Origin: a virus
Virus record (IMG/VR): IMGVR_UViG_3300029651_000001
Coordinates: 1 to 64,000 of that record
DNA length: 64,000 nucleotides
Reading direction: 5' to 3' (one strand)
Part shown: positions 27,732 to 35,989 of the stretch, in pieces
Numbering within the stretch: position 1 is the first letter of the stretch
Layout: every line of letters starts with the position of its first letter
The notes under the pieces: model-generated
Seen by the model: the letters and a program-made list of their open reading frames with translations, nothing else
The model's database searches: none
What the model was told of the DNA's origin: nothing
Translations under genes and position numbers: made by a program

Positions 27732-28079
27732 TTACTCCGATGCTTTTAACCGGTCATCCCAACAACATTCGCCTATCCATTCGTCTTGGTGGAGGTGCGC
27801 GGTTTCTGGGCTCGCTATTTCGCCGCAGAGGCTGCACTTGACAGTTCCACAACCTTGGTCGAGTGGGATTGACGGCATCGGGCTTACGTCAGGCTCATAA
27901 GCGTCAGGGATAGCCACTTCGTCGGGATGTATTTTGTACATCCAATCGATTAAACAAGATTGCTCGCCGGTATACTTCTGCATCTGTTCCGTTAGAAGCG
28001 CGGAGATCCCGTCACAAGCGCTGTCCTCGTCCTCGGCGTCAATTAGGAGCTGAACAACCGCGGTATAGGCTTTCTTCAT
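27732..28079 (-). CDS. Acidic Cys-containing hypothetical protein (115 aa)
   Basis: ATG 28079 with a GAGGTGGAAG RBS. C-terminal CGTVKCSLCGE...GECCW. Confidence 0.5.
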   Translation of the reverse strand: MKKAYTAVVQLLIDAEDEDSACDGISALLTEQMQKYTGEQSCLIDWMYKIHPDEVAIPDAYEPDVSPMPSIPLDQGCGTVKCSLCGEIASPETAHLHQDEWIGECCWDDRLKASE

Positions 28080-28221
28080 CTTCCACCTCACTCACATGAA
28101 TTTCTAACTCACCCAACGCGGCCTCGATCCGGCCGCGCAGGATCTCCCGCGCCTCGTCTTCGGACGAGGCCTCGATTTCGTCCTCGAAGTTGTCTTCGAG
28201 GTAGCAATAGAACTTAGCCAT
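28039..28221 (-). CDS. Acidic small protein (60 aa)
   Basis: ATG 28221 (MAKFYCYLEDNFEDEIE). The 3' end overlaps the next start by 41 nt, so one of the two boundaries may be wrong. Confidence 0.4.
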   Translation of the reverse strand: MAKFYCYLEDNFEDEIEASSEDEAREILRGRIEAALGELEIHVSEVEDEESLYRGCSAPN

Positions 28222-28234
28222 TACTACTTCACTT

Positions 28235-28513
28235 TCAAGTCGGTCCAGCAGCAGCATTCTTCATTCTTTCCTGAAGTTTCCCGGCCTCCAGCAGCCACTG
28301 GCCGGGCGAGTGTCTCGTCACGATCTCCTCGAACTCCAGCGGGGCTTCGTCCATGACGAAATACCAGAGTTCCGAGAACCTCTGATGGACTTTGACATCT
28401 AGCCGTAGCTGCTTTAACTCTCGGATCGCGTCGTCGAAGAGTTGATCCGGCCGCTCGTCGATTATTGGGAAGCTGGCTTTGGCCACTTCCAACCTTTCCA
28501 GGATGTCTTTCAT
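28235..28513 (-). CDS. Hypothetical protein (92 aa)
   Basis: ATGA coupling with the upstream gene. Confidence 0.55.
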   Translation of the reverse strand: MKDILERLEVAKASFPIIDERPDQLFDDAIRELKQLRLDVKVHQRFSELWYFVMDEAPLEFEEIVTRHSPGQWLLEAGKLQERMKNAAAGPT

Positions 28514-28884
28514 GTCCTCACCTCTGTCCCCTTAGGCAGTAACGGGCAGTCAACACGCTGTATTTTTCCTGTGAACCGGGTGTTTCCATTCTTGAACCGT
28601 TTGTACTTACCAACGAAGCGGTAAACGCCGACCTCGGAGCAAGGCCCGTTGTTCCTGATCTGATCCCACATGAAATCCTGCCTGTCCGCAAAGTATCTTG
28701 GTCCTTCCCCGAAGGTGGGAAAGTCACTCTCAATCACTACCATATCCCCATGTTGGCCGTAGATGAACAGAAACGCGCCTTCATGCTCTGTCCCTGGTTC
28801 GGCTTCGAGGTGCCCAAAGGTCGCGTGCATGACCTGGGCTTTGTGTCTCGATTCCGATTCGACGAATGCGTCTGCTAAACTCAT
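28510..28884 (-). CDS. Hypothetical protein (124 aa)
   Basis: ATGA coupling with the upstream gene. Confidence 0.55.
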   Translation of the reverse strand: MSLADAFVESESRHKAQVMHATFGHLEAEPGTEHEGAFLFIYGQHGDMVVIESDFPTFGEGPRYFADRQDFMWDQIRNNGPCSEVGVYRFVGKYKRFKNGNTRFTGKIQRVDCPLLPKGTEVRT

Positions 28885-29225
28885 ACTTTCACTCCCAGCT
28901 TCTCAAGTACTGCCCTCGCTCGATCCCTGGCCTCATAGTCGTAGTCCCGCTTGTCCTCTTCGTCCGCGATCTCTATCCAGTTTTCGAGGCAGGACGTGAC
29001 CTGGGCGAGGACCTCAGCGGCTTCGATGAGGTCGGGGAGGGCGTTGCGCATCTCAGCAACCAAGTCCAGGTTGGCTTGTCCGTCCTTAACCGCTCGTCTG
29101 TCCCCGTGAAAAGGTTCGAGGATGTAGTCCATGCCCCCTGGCGCGGGGACGGCGACTACAGCCCCGGTGGAAATCCATTCGCCCGGGGTTGCTTTGGCAA
29201 GCAGATCTTTTAATCGTTGGAGCAT
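28881..29225 (-). CDS. TPGEW...PDLIEAAE family paralog (114 aa)
   Basis: MLQRLKDLLAKATPGEW...NALPDLIEAAEVL. The start overlaps the upstream paralog by 16 nt. Confidence 0.65.
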   Translation of the reverse strand: MLQRLKDLLAKATPGEWISTGAVVAVPAPGGMDYILEPFHGDRRAVKDGQANLDLVAEMRNALPDLIEAAEVLAQVTSCLENWIEIADEEDKRDYDYEARDRARAVLEKLGVKV

Positions 29226-29551
29226 TCGATTTCTCCTTTGAGCTTTTCCAGAATTTTCGAAACCACGTCGCCAGCTAACATACCTTGCGCCGTTTCTAAG
29301 AACTTCTCCCGATCCTCATCCAGGTATGCCCCCCGCAAGATGTGCAGAGCCTCAGCGGCTTCGATGAGGTCGGGCATGAGGTTATGGGCGAGAACAATGA
29401 ATTCCGTATCAGCCGAGTACTCTTTCAGTTCCCGCCCATAGTTGGTCCGACAAACTACAATCCCGTCGGCATCCGTGACATAAACCTCGGAGGCCTTTTC
29501 CCATTCCCCTGGCGTTGCTCTGGAAAGGGCATCTTTCAATCGGTGGAGCAT
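29210..29551 (-). CDS. TPGEW...PDLIEAAE family paralog (113 aa)
   Basis: ATG 29551: MLHRLKDALSRATPGEW...HNLMPDLIEAAEAL. GGAGGCAGAGAA RBS. 16-nt overlap with the upstream paralog. Confidence 0.65.
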   Translation of the reverse strand: MLHRLKDALSRATPGEWEKASEVYVTDADGIVVCRTNYGRELKEYSADTEFIVLAHNLMPDLIEAAEALHILRGAYLDEDREKFLETAQGMLAGDVVSKILEKLKGEIECSND

Positions 29552-29934
29552 TTCTCTGCCTCCAGTTTGGATAACGCATCCCGCACCCTGCGAATGAGAG
29601 GCTGAGCTTCTCTGATCGGAAGTCGATCCCCAATGTGGGCAGACGAGAACTCGACCCAAGCTTGCATTGCCTCGATGGCTTCGATCAGATTCGGCATGCT
29701 GTTGTGGGCGGTGGTGATGAATTCGGCGTCACCGCGGTGAAACTCGAATAGGTCATGGTTTGTAGTTACGTACCTGTCCTTTACTTGTATGCTAGTGAAT
29801 GGGCGTGCCTCGTACTCAGCACGGTTCTCTTCACTCAACTCCCAGATTGGCCCGTCGAAATCCTCGTGTTGCCTGCACGGTTTCCACTCCCCCGGCGTTG
29901 CCGCGGCGAGCGCGGCTTTCAGTTTCTCTAGCAT
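29536..29934 (-). CDS. TPGEW...PNLIEAIE family paralog (132 aa)
   Basis: MLEKLKAALAAATPGEW...HNSMPNLIEAIEAM. Confidence 0.65.
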   Translation of the reverse strand: MLEKLKAALAAATPGEWKPCRQHEDFDGPIWELSEENRAEYEARPFTSIQVKDRYVTTNHDLFEFHRGDAEFITTAHNSMPNLIEAIEAMQAWVEFSSAHIGDRLPIREAQPLIRRVRDALSKLEAEKCSTD

Positions 29935-30134
29935 TCGTCGGTCTCCTCTCGAGCTGATTCGATGTAGTCCAGAATTTCCCCAATGGTCTTGTGTTGGAAA
30001 TCCGGGTATTCAAAAGCAGGGATCAGTACACTCAGCGCGTCTTGTAGAAACTCGTCCTCGTCGTATACATCGGAAAGCACTTCGCCCAATCCATAGTGGT
30101 AGTAAATGTATTTCTCAGCACGGTAGGGACTCAC
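29928..30134 (-). CDS. Hypothetical protein (68 aa)
   Basis: GTG 30134 in a GTGA overlap with the upstream stop. GGGAG 6 nt upstream. Confidence 0.5.
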   Translation of the reverse strand: MSPYRAEKYIYYHYGLGEVLSDVYDEDEFLQDALSVLIPAFEYPDFQHKTIGEILDYIESAREETDEC

Positions 30135-30469
30135 GAGCTACTCCCGACCACTTTGGCCAGCGCAGATAAACACTTGGCGTGAATCGCGTCCGCATCCTCC
30201 ATTGTGAGAGCAGTGCGTCCGTCGATACGCTTGATTGCCTGCAGCGCCTCGATCAACTCCCTCACCACTCCATCCTCCAACGCCTCGGTCGGGATGCCCT
30301 CGCAGGCGTTGACGCAGGCGACAATGCGGCGGGCGCTGGCCTCCTGAATCTCCGGCAGGAACTCGTCATTGTGTGTCAGGTAGAAAACCCACCCTTTATC
30401 ATTTCCGATGAGGGTTATGTTTGCGTCCGGGTGGCTTTTGACGTGCCACGGTTCGGGCGGGTAGCTCAT
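30131..30469 (-). CDS. PW...IVACVNA family member (112 aa), related to the GPW/AAPDLL group
   Basis: PPEPWHVKS...ASARRIVACVNACEGIPTEALE. ATGA coupling. Confidence 0.55.
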   Translation of the reverse strand: MSYPPEPWHVKSHPDANITLIGNDKGWVFYLTHNDEFLPEIQEASARRIVACVNACEGIPTEALEDGVVRELIEALQAIKRIDGRTALTMEDADAIHAKCLSALAKVVGSSS

Positions 30470-30813
30470 GCCTGGTCTCCTTTCAATCTAGATACAAACT
30501 CTCTGGCTGTAGCCATGGTCAGGGCCGGTATGATGTAAGCCGTGGTCCCGGCAGGTCCCTTCATGCTTATGCTTCGAGTGATGCACTCAAGGATATCGAG
30601 CAGGTCAGGTGCCGCCTCGATCAACTTTTGATTCCGTTCGCTCCGTTCCTCTGCGACCTTAGCCCTGCGGTCGCCCTCCTCGTCGGAGATTTCGTAACCA
30701 TCAAAGACCCAGTGCCGCTGCTCACGGTTGGCTTCGAGGATGGTGTAGGCACCCTCGGTGTCGGGGTGGTGGACGACGGTCCAGGGACCGGGTGTGTGTG
30801 TGTCATTCGCCAT
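30466..30813 (-). CDS. GPW...LIEAAPDLL family member (115 aa)
   Basis: TPGPWTVVHH...NQKLIEAAPDLLDILE. Leader motif at 30820. Confidence 0.6.
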   Translation of the reverse strand: MANDTHTPGPWTVVHHPDTEGAYTILEANREQRHWVFDGYEISDEEGDRRAKVAEERSERNQKLIEAAPDLLDILECITRSISMKGPAGTTAYIIPALTMATAREFVSRLKGDQA

Positions 30814-30882
30814 AATGTGTCTCCAAAGGGTGCGACGCCGTTTTGCGACGGCGCCGCAGGGTCAACTCCGGTCTCTGTGGGT

Positions 30883-31275
30883 TTACCCCTTGAGGGCGGC
30901 GATGCGGGCCTCGAGTTCTTCGACGCTGAGGTCCTTCAACGCTTCGTCCTTCTTGTGTTCCAGGACTTCCACCAGGCGCCCCAGTTCGGCCCTGCGCTGA
31001 GACGCGGCTTTCGCCTCTTCGCGCTCCTTGAGCTTGACGGCGATGATATGTTTCAAGATGTCCAGCTTGAGGGACAGCTCCTCGGACACCGGGCTTTTCT
31101 CGGTCACGAAGCTTTCCTCGGCCGACTCTTTCAGCTGAGCGTTGACGCCCTTCGCCACGATATCCAAGTCGAATCCGGTCTTGGACTGGAGTGGCAGATC
31201 CCACAGCTGTTCTGTGGATAAATCCCCGCGGATGCTGGAGAAACGGAGTTTCAAACGTGTAGCTTTTTCGAACAT
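30883..31275 (-). CDS. Hypothetical coiled-coil protein (130 aa)
   Basis: GAGGTAGG RBS. Contains RFSSIRGDLSTEQLWDLPL and a C-terminal helical K/E-rich region. Follows the 659-aa gene with a 9-nt gap. Confidence 0.6.
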   Translation of the reverse strand: MFEKATRLKLRFSSIRGDLSTEQLWDLPLQSKTGFDLDIVAKGVNAQLKESAEESFVTEKSPVSEELSLKLDILKHIIAVKLKEREEAKAASQRRAELGRLVEVLEHKKDEALKDLSVEELEARIAALKG

Positions 31276-31284
31276 GTACCTACC

Positions 31285-33264
31285 TCAGAAAAGGATATTG
31301 AAAAGACGGGTGCTGTTTTCGGTGACCACCCGAACCGTCACCGTTTCCCGCTTGGTGGAGGAAAATCCCAAGCCAGCCAACTGCTCATCCGTGACAGGGC
31401 ACTTGGTCTTATCACCCAGGACCTCGAATACCTTGCGGTGCTTTTCCAGAGGACCTGCCAGGAATTCGTTGTAGATTCCCCGAAGCGGTTGGTCGGCCTT
31501 GCATCCTTCCAGGATGAAGAACCAATGCTTGTTGCCGACCGCGCTATCCCCCCAGTAATTGGGACTGAACAGAACGGTGCGGACCTTGACGAACTTCTCC
31601 GTGGGGATTCCCCACACTTTCTTCGAGATTCCTTCTCCGTTCAGCTTGGGGTGAATTCGCGCCTCCACGATGACACCATCCCTGACCACAAACGTGCCCA
31701 CCTCCACGTTCCCCACCACACGGTGCGGATAGGTGTACTGCTTGACCCCATTACCGTCAGCGATCTCGGCAATGAAGCCCACGTCAGACGTTTCCCGGTT
31801 GGTGTACTGATTGACATACACCTGATATACCCCATCCTTCGGTGCCTTGAACGCCACATTTTCAACCGGTTCTCGAGAGGTACCGCAGCCAGCATTCATG
31901 TCCACATCCAGCTTGCCGCTCTTGTTGGCGTAGTAGATGTGATTTCCATTGGGTTCCACCACATGAATGTCCAGATCGTCATAGTTGAACCAGGCCAGAC
32001 TGAAGCGGAGTTTGGCGTCCACGTTGCCCCCAGCCTTCTTAACCTTTTCCGTGATACTGTCCGTCACGTTGCCGTTGTAAGACCAGGCAAAGCCGTTGTC
32101 CCACTTGAACAGCCGGCCGGAGTCGGTGTGTACCGGAGCCGTCACCGCGACCAGATTAGGGGTGTGCAAGTTCTTGAACAGAATGCTCATCTCCTTGGCG
32201 TTGGGCAGGACTTCAGCCATGAACGCTTCGATGGTGACGTCCGCGGCCTGAGCGGTGTTGCCCGGCTTTCGCTCAACGGCTGCAGCCATCAGCAGATCCG
32301 CAACCCCACCCTTCATCATGGGGCGGACGGACCCATCCACCCAGAGAACGTCGTTGACGCTCACGTCGGAGATGGTCGCCAGCCTCCGCTCCAAGGCGGA
32401 TTCAAGCCCCAAGCTTTCGATCGTTTCCATGGCTTGCTTGACCATGGCCGGTGTGATCAGCGCCGTCGTACGCTTGTAGTTCGCAGGCGCCACCTTGGTT
32501 TCGAAGGAACGGACAGCAGTTTCAAGGTCGACACCGTCCGACAGATCCGTGACGAGGGTGCCAATGACTGTATTGCGGAACCGCGCCGCCCGGCGAGTAT
32601 AGTTGCTTGCGATGAACAGCCGTCGTTCGGCCGGTTCCAAAGCCTTGTAGGTCCGCAAGCACTCAGCGAACTCCTTCAACGCCGGCAGATGTTCCTCGCC
32701 TCGGTACAAGCTCCCAGCGGCAATCAAGTCGAGGACCGTGTTGGCTGCCTCGACAGTCAACTCCTCCAACCCTCGCTCGAACACGGCCATAGTTGTGGCA
32801 GCTTCGCCCACATCCCGGTCGGGGGTACGGGTAAAATGCCGGTCGGCGATCCGACCATGGAAATGGTTCCAGATTTTGGTCTGGCCATCGACCACTTGTG
32901 GGGTCGCCGCCGCACCGTACTGCCGCTCCTTGGTACGGAAGACAGAGACGATAGGCTGGGCCAGGACATGCTCATGCAAGGCTTTGGAAACGACGTCATA
33001 CGGGTGCTCCAATCCGCTTACGTCCCAGAGCGTCTCTACCTTGCCGTCGACGATGGCAACTACTCCGCCCAGGTGTTTGATGAAGTTCCGGCAGCAGGAG
33101 CAGTCGTGTTCCGTATTCGTCCGATAGATCGGGTTTGTTCCTGCCGGAAAGGCGGCAAGATAGATGTCCCAAAGCTTGCTGGAATCGACCACGAAGAGCT
33201 CGTGGGCGGACAGCTGGGCGAAGCGGGCGGCGGTCTTCTCGGCAAAGGGTTTGAAGTTTGGCAT
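31285..33264 (-). CDS. Large conserved hypothetical protein (659 aa)
   Basis: ATG 33264 (MPNFKPF) follows CAAAGGAGAC. N-terminal EHDCSCCRNFIKH. The C-terminal DLDIHVVEPNGNHIYYANKSGKLDVDMN resembles a DUF2135-type beta-sandwich, from memory. Confidence 0.65.
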   Translation of the reverse strand: MPNFKPFAEKTAARFAQLSAHELFVVDSSKLWDIYLAAFPAGTNPIYRTNTEHDCSCCRNFIKHLGGVVAIVDGKVETLWDVSGLEHPYDVVSKALHEHVLAQPIVSVFRTKERQYGAAATPQVVDGQTKIWNHFHGRIADRHFTRTPDRDVGEAATTMAVFERGLEELTVEAANTVLDLIAAGSLYRGEEHLPALKEFAECLRTYKALEPAERRLFIASNYTRRAARFRNTVIGTLVTDLSDGVDLETAVRSFETKVAPANYKRTTALITPAMVKQAMETIESLGLESALERRLATISDVSVNDVLWVDGSVRPMMKGGVADLLMAAAVERKPGNTAQAADVTIEAFMAEVLPNAKEMSILFKNLHTPNLVAVTAPVHTDSGRLFKWDNGFAWSYNGNVTDSITEKVKKAGGNVDAKLRFSLAWFNYDDLDIHVVEPNGNHIYYANKSGKLDVDMNAGCGTSREPVENVAFKAPKDGVYQVYVNQYTNRETSDVGFIAEIADGNGVKQYTYPHRVVGNVEVGTFVVRDGVIVEARIHPKLNGEGISKKVWGIPTEKFVKVRTVLFSPNYWGDSAVGNKHWFFILEGCKADQPLRGIYNEFLAGPLEKHRKVFEVLGDKTKCPVTDEQLAGLGFSSTKRETVTVRVVTENSTRLFNILF

Positions 33265-33295
33265 CGGGTCTCCTTTGAAAGGCGTTTCTTGATAG

Positions 33296-33616
33296 TTAGG
33301 AAGGGTCACTGTCGAGCTCCTTCAGAAACTCACGGATTACGGCTCGAGCTTTCTCCATGTTCTCGAGGACTTGTCTGTAGTCAGTGATGATTTCTGCCAT
33401 CGCCGCTTCCTCTGCTGCTCGCATCTGCCGCAACAGTCTCAGCATCTCGGGCGCCGCTGCAAGCAGTCTGCCCGTCGCTTGGATTTCCGGCTCGTTAACC
33501 TCTCCGTAGACAGTGGCTATGCGACCGTAAGGGTCATGGATCTCTAGGTTGTCGCTATCGTTCTCCCCTTCGCCGGGCTGGAGAAGTTGGTATGGGCCAT
33601 CTATGGGTTTGCTCAT
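33296..33616 (-). CDS. GP(Y/W)...LLAAAPEML family member (106 aa)
   Basis: IDGPYQLLQ...ATGRLLAAAPEMLRLLRQM. Confidence 0.55.
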   Translation of the reverse strand: MSKPIDGPYQLLQPGEGENDSDNLEIHDPYGRIATVYGEVNEPEIQATGRLLAAAPEMLRLLRQMRAAEEAAMAEIITDYRQVLENMEKARAVIREFLKELDSDPS

Positions 33617-33634
33617 ACGTTGTCTCCTTAGGGT

Positions 33635-33841
33635 TTATGCAAACACTCGATAAGTGCAGGTCCGGTTATCCACCAGCGTCTTGCAAAGGACGTGTCCTTT
33701 AGACAAGTAGGTGGTGACTCCCAGGCCGTCCGGGTTCGTTCCCTCGTGCTGGTACTCGCCGGTCCATCCCTTGGAACGGAGCCACGCGGCGAAGTCGTGG
33801 TCGCCTTTGAAGTGGGTTTCTTTGAGGTTAGGAGGGATCAT
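33635..33841 (-). CDS. Hypothetical protein (68 aa)
   Basis: ATG 33841 with AAGGAGA 7 nt upstream (the track start at 33847 is a TTG). Contains the perfect palindrome AAAGGACGTGTCCTTT at 33685-33700. Confidence 0.5.
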   Translation of the reverse strand: MIPPNLKETHFKGDHDFAAWLRSKGWTGEYQHEGTNPDGLGVTTYLSKGHVLCKTLVDNRTCTYRVFA

Positions 33842-34163
33842 CGTCAATCTCCTTCAGGAAGTCGCTGATCTCCGCGTGTGCCTTGTCGCGGGCTTCGACC
33901 GCTAGTACGGATTCCCGATGCGTGCAAAAGTAAGGCAGGTCACGAAGATGCGTGACAGCGTTATCCAGCCGCCGCAAGAGTTCCAGCATCCTCGGCGCCG
34001 CGGCGAACAGGCGGGCGAGGGCCATCTCGTCTACCGCTTCGAGGTGGTCGTGAACAGTAGCGACGATATCGTCGTTCTCGTCGTAAATGTCGACCATACC
34101 GTTAAGACTTTTGCGAACTGGGTAGGCAAATCGGTATTTACCGCCGATCACGACCTCAGTCAT
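33828..34163 (-). CDS. LFAAAPRMLELL family member (111 aa)
   Basis: ALARLFAAAPRMLELLRRL, with the same C-terminal ending (KEIDDDPS) as its neighbours. Confidence 0.55.
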   Translation of the reverse strand: MTEVVIGGKYRFAYPVRKSLNGMVDIYDENDDIVATVHDHLEAVDEMALARLFAAAPRMLELLRRLDNAVTHLRDLPYFCTHRESVLAVEARDKAHAEISDFLKEIDDDPS

Positions 34164-34497
34164 TGTCGATCTCCTTCAACAGCTCACCGATCTCGATATG
34201 CACCTTGTCGTGCTCGTCGAGCGCGGCTTCGTAAGTGGTTTTGTCGTAGCACTCCGGAGCCAGCAAGGCGTAGAGGGTGGCGTCGGCCTTGTGTTGTCGG
34301 CGCAGGAGGTTGAGCATCCTTGTCGATTCCTTTGCTAGCTGTGCGGATATCTCCGCGCTTTCCGAAACCAAAAACATCCAGCTTGGAATCTCGAAGTGTT
34401 CGAGCGCCGCTTGCACCCTGCTGAAGGGGTTATTCTCCTCCGGGATGTCGGAGTTCTCGGGTTGGTAGTCGTCAGGGATTGTCAGTAGGATTTGCAT
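34156..34497 (-). CDS. Related family member (113 aa)
   Basis: ESTRMLNLLRRQ...ELLKEIDND. The C-terminus resembles those of 33296..33616 and 33828..34163. Confidence 0.5.
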   Translation of the reverse strand: MQILLTIPDDYQPENSDIPEENNPFSRVQAALEHFEIPSWMFLVSESAEISAQLAKESTRMLNLLRRQHKADATLYALLAPECYDKTTYEAALDEHDKVHIEIGELLKEIDND

Positions 34498-34878
34498 CTA
34501 AAGGTCCTCACTCTTGTAGGGTTGAACATGCCGGCAGCCGCAGTTCAAGCAGTCGTCGTCGCACATGGCGGTCCAAACATCCGGCCATTCGAAGCCACAC
34601 TTGGGGCACTTGTAGTAGTTCAGAAACTTTCGCTCTTTCTCGTCCGCCGGCTCGTCGTCGACCGCGGCCAACTTGATCGCATCGATAGGCTCCTGTCCTT
34701 CGTATGGGTTGTAGTCCAGGGATACCTCAGCCGTAGCCGGCTGGTCATCCAGCATCCCGAAATTCGCGTCCGCGCAATTGAAGAGTTCGGCCAACTTGCG
34801 CTTACCCTCCTCGACGCTATCGGCGCGGACCCGCATCGAGCAAGAGAGGATCAGGTCGAACAGGTATTCATGACTCAT
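34498..34878 (-). CDS. Hypothetical protein with a C-terminal zinc-ribbon-like Cys cluster (126 aa)
   Basis: ATG 34878 with a GAGGAGGAAG RBS. Contains YKCPKCGFEW...CDDDCLNCGC. Confidence 0.55.
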   Translation of the reverse strand: MSHEYLFDLILSCSMRVRADSVEEGKRKLAELFNCADANFGMLDDQPATAEVSLDYNPYEGQEPIDAIKLAAVDDEPADEKERKFLNYYKCPKCGFEWPDVWTAMCDDDCLNCGCRHVQPYKSEDL

Positions 34879-35146
34879 CGTCTTCCTCCTCGTTAAGGTC
34901 GTCTTCCTCGGCATACTCAACACACTCGAGGTCGCAAGAAGCTCGGAGCAGCTCCTCGACCACAGAGTAAAAGTCCGGATGGTCCACCAGGCTGGCCGGT
35001 GCCTCCACGATCTCCGAAGTCCGGTAGGCGTCCGCTGCGCAGTCGATTCGATCCTGCTCGGCGGCCTCTAGCGTGTCCCAAGCGTGGACGTAGAGCTCGC
35101 TGGAAGTCCCACCTTCTTGAACCAACAGATAAACCTTGTCACTCAT
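34868..35146 (-). CDS. Highly acidic small protein (92 aa)
   Basis: ATG 35146 with a GGGAGAAG RBS. C-terminus is EYAEEDDLNEEEDDES. Confidence 0.55.
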   Translation of the reverse strand: MSDKVYLLVQEGGTSSELYVHAWDTLEAAEQDRIDCAADAYRTSEIVEAPASLVDHPDFYSVVEELLRASCDLECVEYAEEDDLNEEEDDES

Positions 35147-35354
35147 CGTCTTCTCCCATTCTGAAATCAAATACGGTCCCGTCGTGGTGACATTCCATGC
35201 ACTCGATCAGGGAGTCCTCGTCCCAGACCACGTCTTCGTGATCACCGGTGCCGCTATCGTAAACTTCGAAGTACGTCTTGCACTCGATCTTGAACGGGCC
35301 TTCGCTCCCGCACTTGGGGCAGGCCATGCCTTCTAGGCAGTTGGTGTTAGCCAT
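35139..35354 (-). CDS. Zinc-ribbon-like small protein (71 aa)
   Basis: ATG 35354. Contains CPKCGSEGPF...CMECHHDG. Confidence 0.55.
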   Translation of the reverse strand: MANTNCLEGMACPKCGSEGPFKIECKTYFEVYDSGTGDHEDVVWDEDSLIECMECHHDGTVFDFRMGEDDE

Positions 35355-35547
35355 GCTTTTCCCCTTCTGGCAACACATCCAGCCAGTCTGAAAAACGTTC
35401 GTACTTCTCCGGCCGCTTCTCGATCAGAAGCCTCAACTCTCGCCGGGTTAATCCGTTCTTCACCATGTCGAGGAAGGCCAGATTAAGTTCAGCGATCTTC
35501 CTCTGCTCTAGATAGAAAATCTGAAGTTGGGTAGGTGGGTTAAACAT
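35347..35547 (-). CDS. Hypothetical protein (66 aa)
   Basis: ATG 35547. 8-nt overlap with the next gene. Confidence 0.5.
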   Translation of the reverse strand: MFNPPTQLQIFYLEQRKIAELNLAFLDMVKNGLTRRELRLLIEKRPEKYERFSDWLDVLPEGEKHG

Positions 35548-35556
35548 TGGATGCTC

Positions 35557-35820
35557 CTAAACTTCTTTCAGACGCACATACTTCACCCTCAGCGCAATCA
35601 CGCCAGGATTCCCCTCCTTAACGACAACGCCGTCCTTGATCCGCCCGATGTACAGTACTCTGGGGCCATTGCCCCAACGCCGGGTTAGCTCCTTTTGCAA
35701 GGAAGCCACGGAATCGTAACCGCCTCCTTCGGGATACGAGGCGGATCTCTTGAGGAACTCAATCCTACGAGTCCGGGTGTTGTAAAACCTGTCGAAAATC
35801 CTGACATCCAGCCTAGCCAT
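35557..35820 (-). CDS. Hypothetical protein (87 aa)
   Basis: ATG 35820 (MARLDVRIF) with a GGGAGA RBS. The track's N-terminal extension is Arg/Thr-rich and was dropped. Confidence 0.55.
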   Translation of the reverse strand: MARLDVRIFDRFYNTRTRRIEFLKRSASYPEGGGYDSVASLQKELTRRWGNGPRVLYIGRIKDGVVVKEGNPGVIALRVKYVRLKEV

Positions 35821-35989
35821 TCGGGGTCTCCCAAACTTTGCGTAAGTAAAACTCGTTCCGGTAGTAGTCCAGCCCCGACACCAGGACAATCGACACTGAC
35901 GTCGCCTTGTCCGGGATCGGGTTGTTGTAGATGTAGGCATGTCCGTCCTTGATCTCGATCGTTGTTCTTTCCTTACGGTGAGTCCTCAA
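35813..35989 (-). CDS. Possible small ORF (58 aa, TTG start, below the track cutoff)
   Basis: Fills the gap between 35820 and 35973. Hand translation gives ...IEIKDGHAYIYNNPIPDKATSVSIVLVSGLDYYRNEFYLRKVWETPNG. The stop overlaps the next ATG. The start codon is uncertain. Confidence 0.35.
   Translation of the reverse strand: MRTHRKERTTIEIKDGHAYIYNNPIPDKATSVSIVLVSGLDYYRNEFYLRKVWETPNG

Noticed and set aside
31438-33387. 649-aa plus-strand ORF antisense to the 659-aa minus-strand gene. Similar long antisense or off-frame ORFs include 4680..5465, 9758..10363, 14597..15205, 20333..20938, 40935..41612 and 55165..56409.
   Set aside because: Their products are Arg/Gly/Pro/His-rich low-complexity sequence with no RBS or leader motif. 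They lie fully inside well-supported genes on the other strand. These are typical shadow ORFs of GC-rich DNA.
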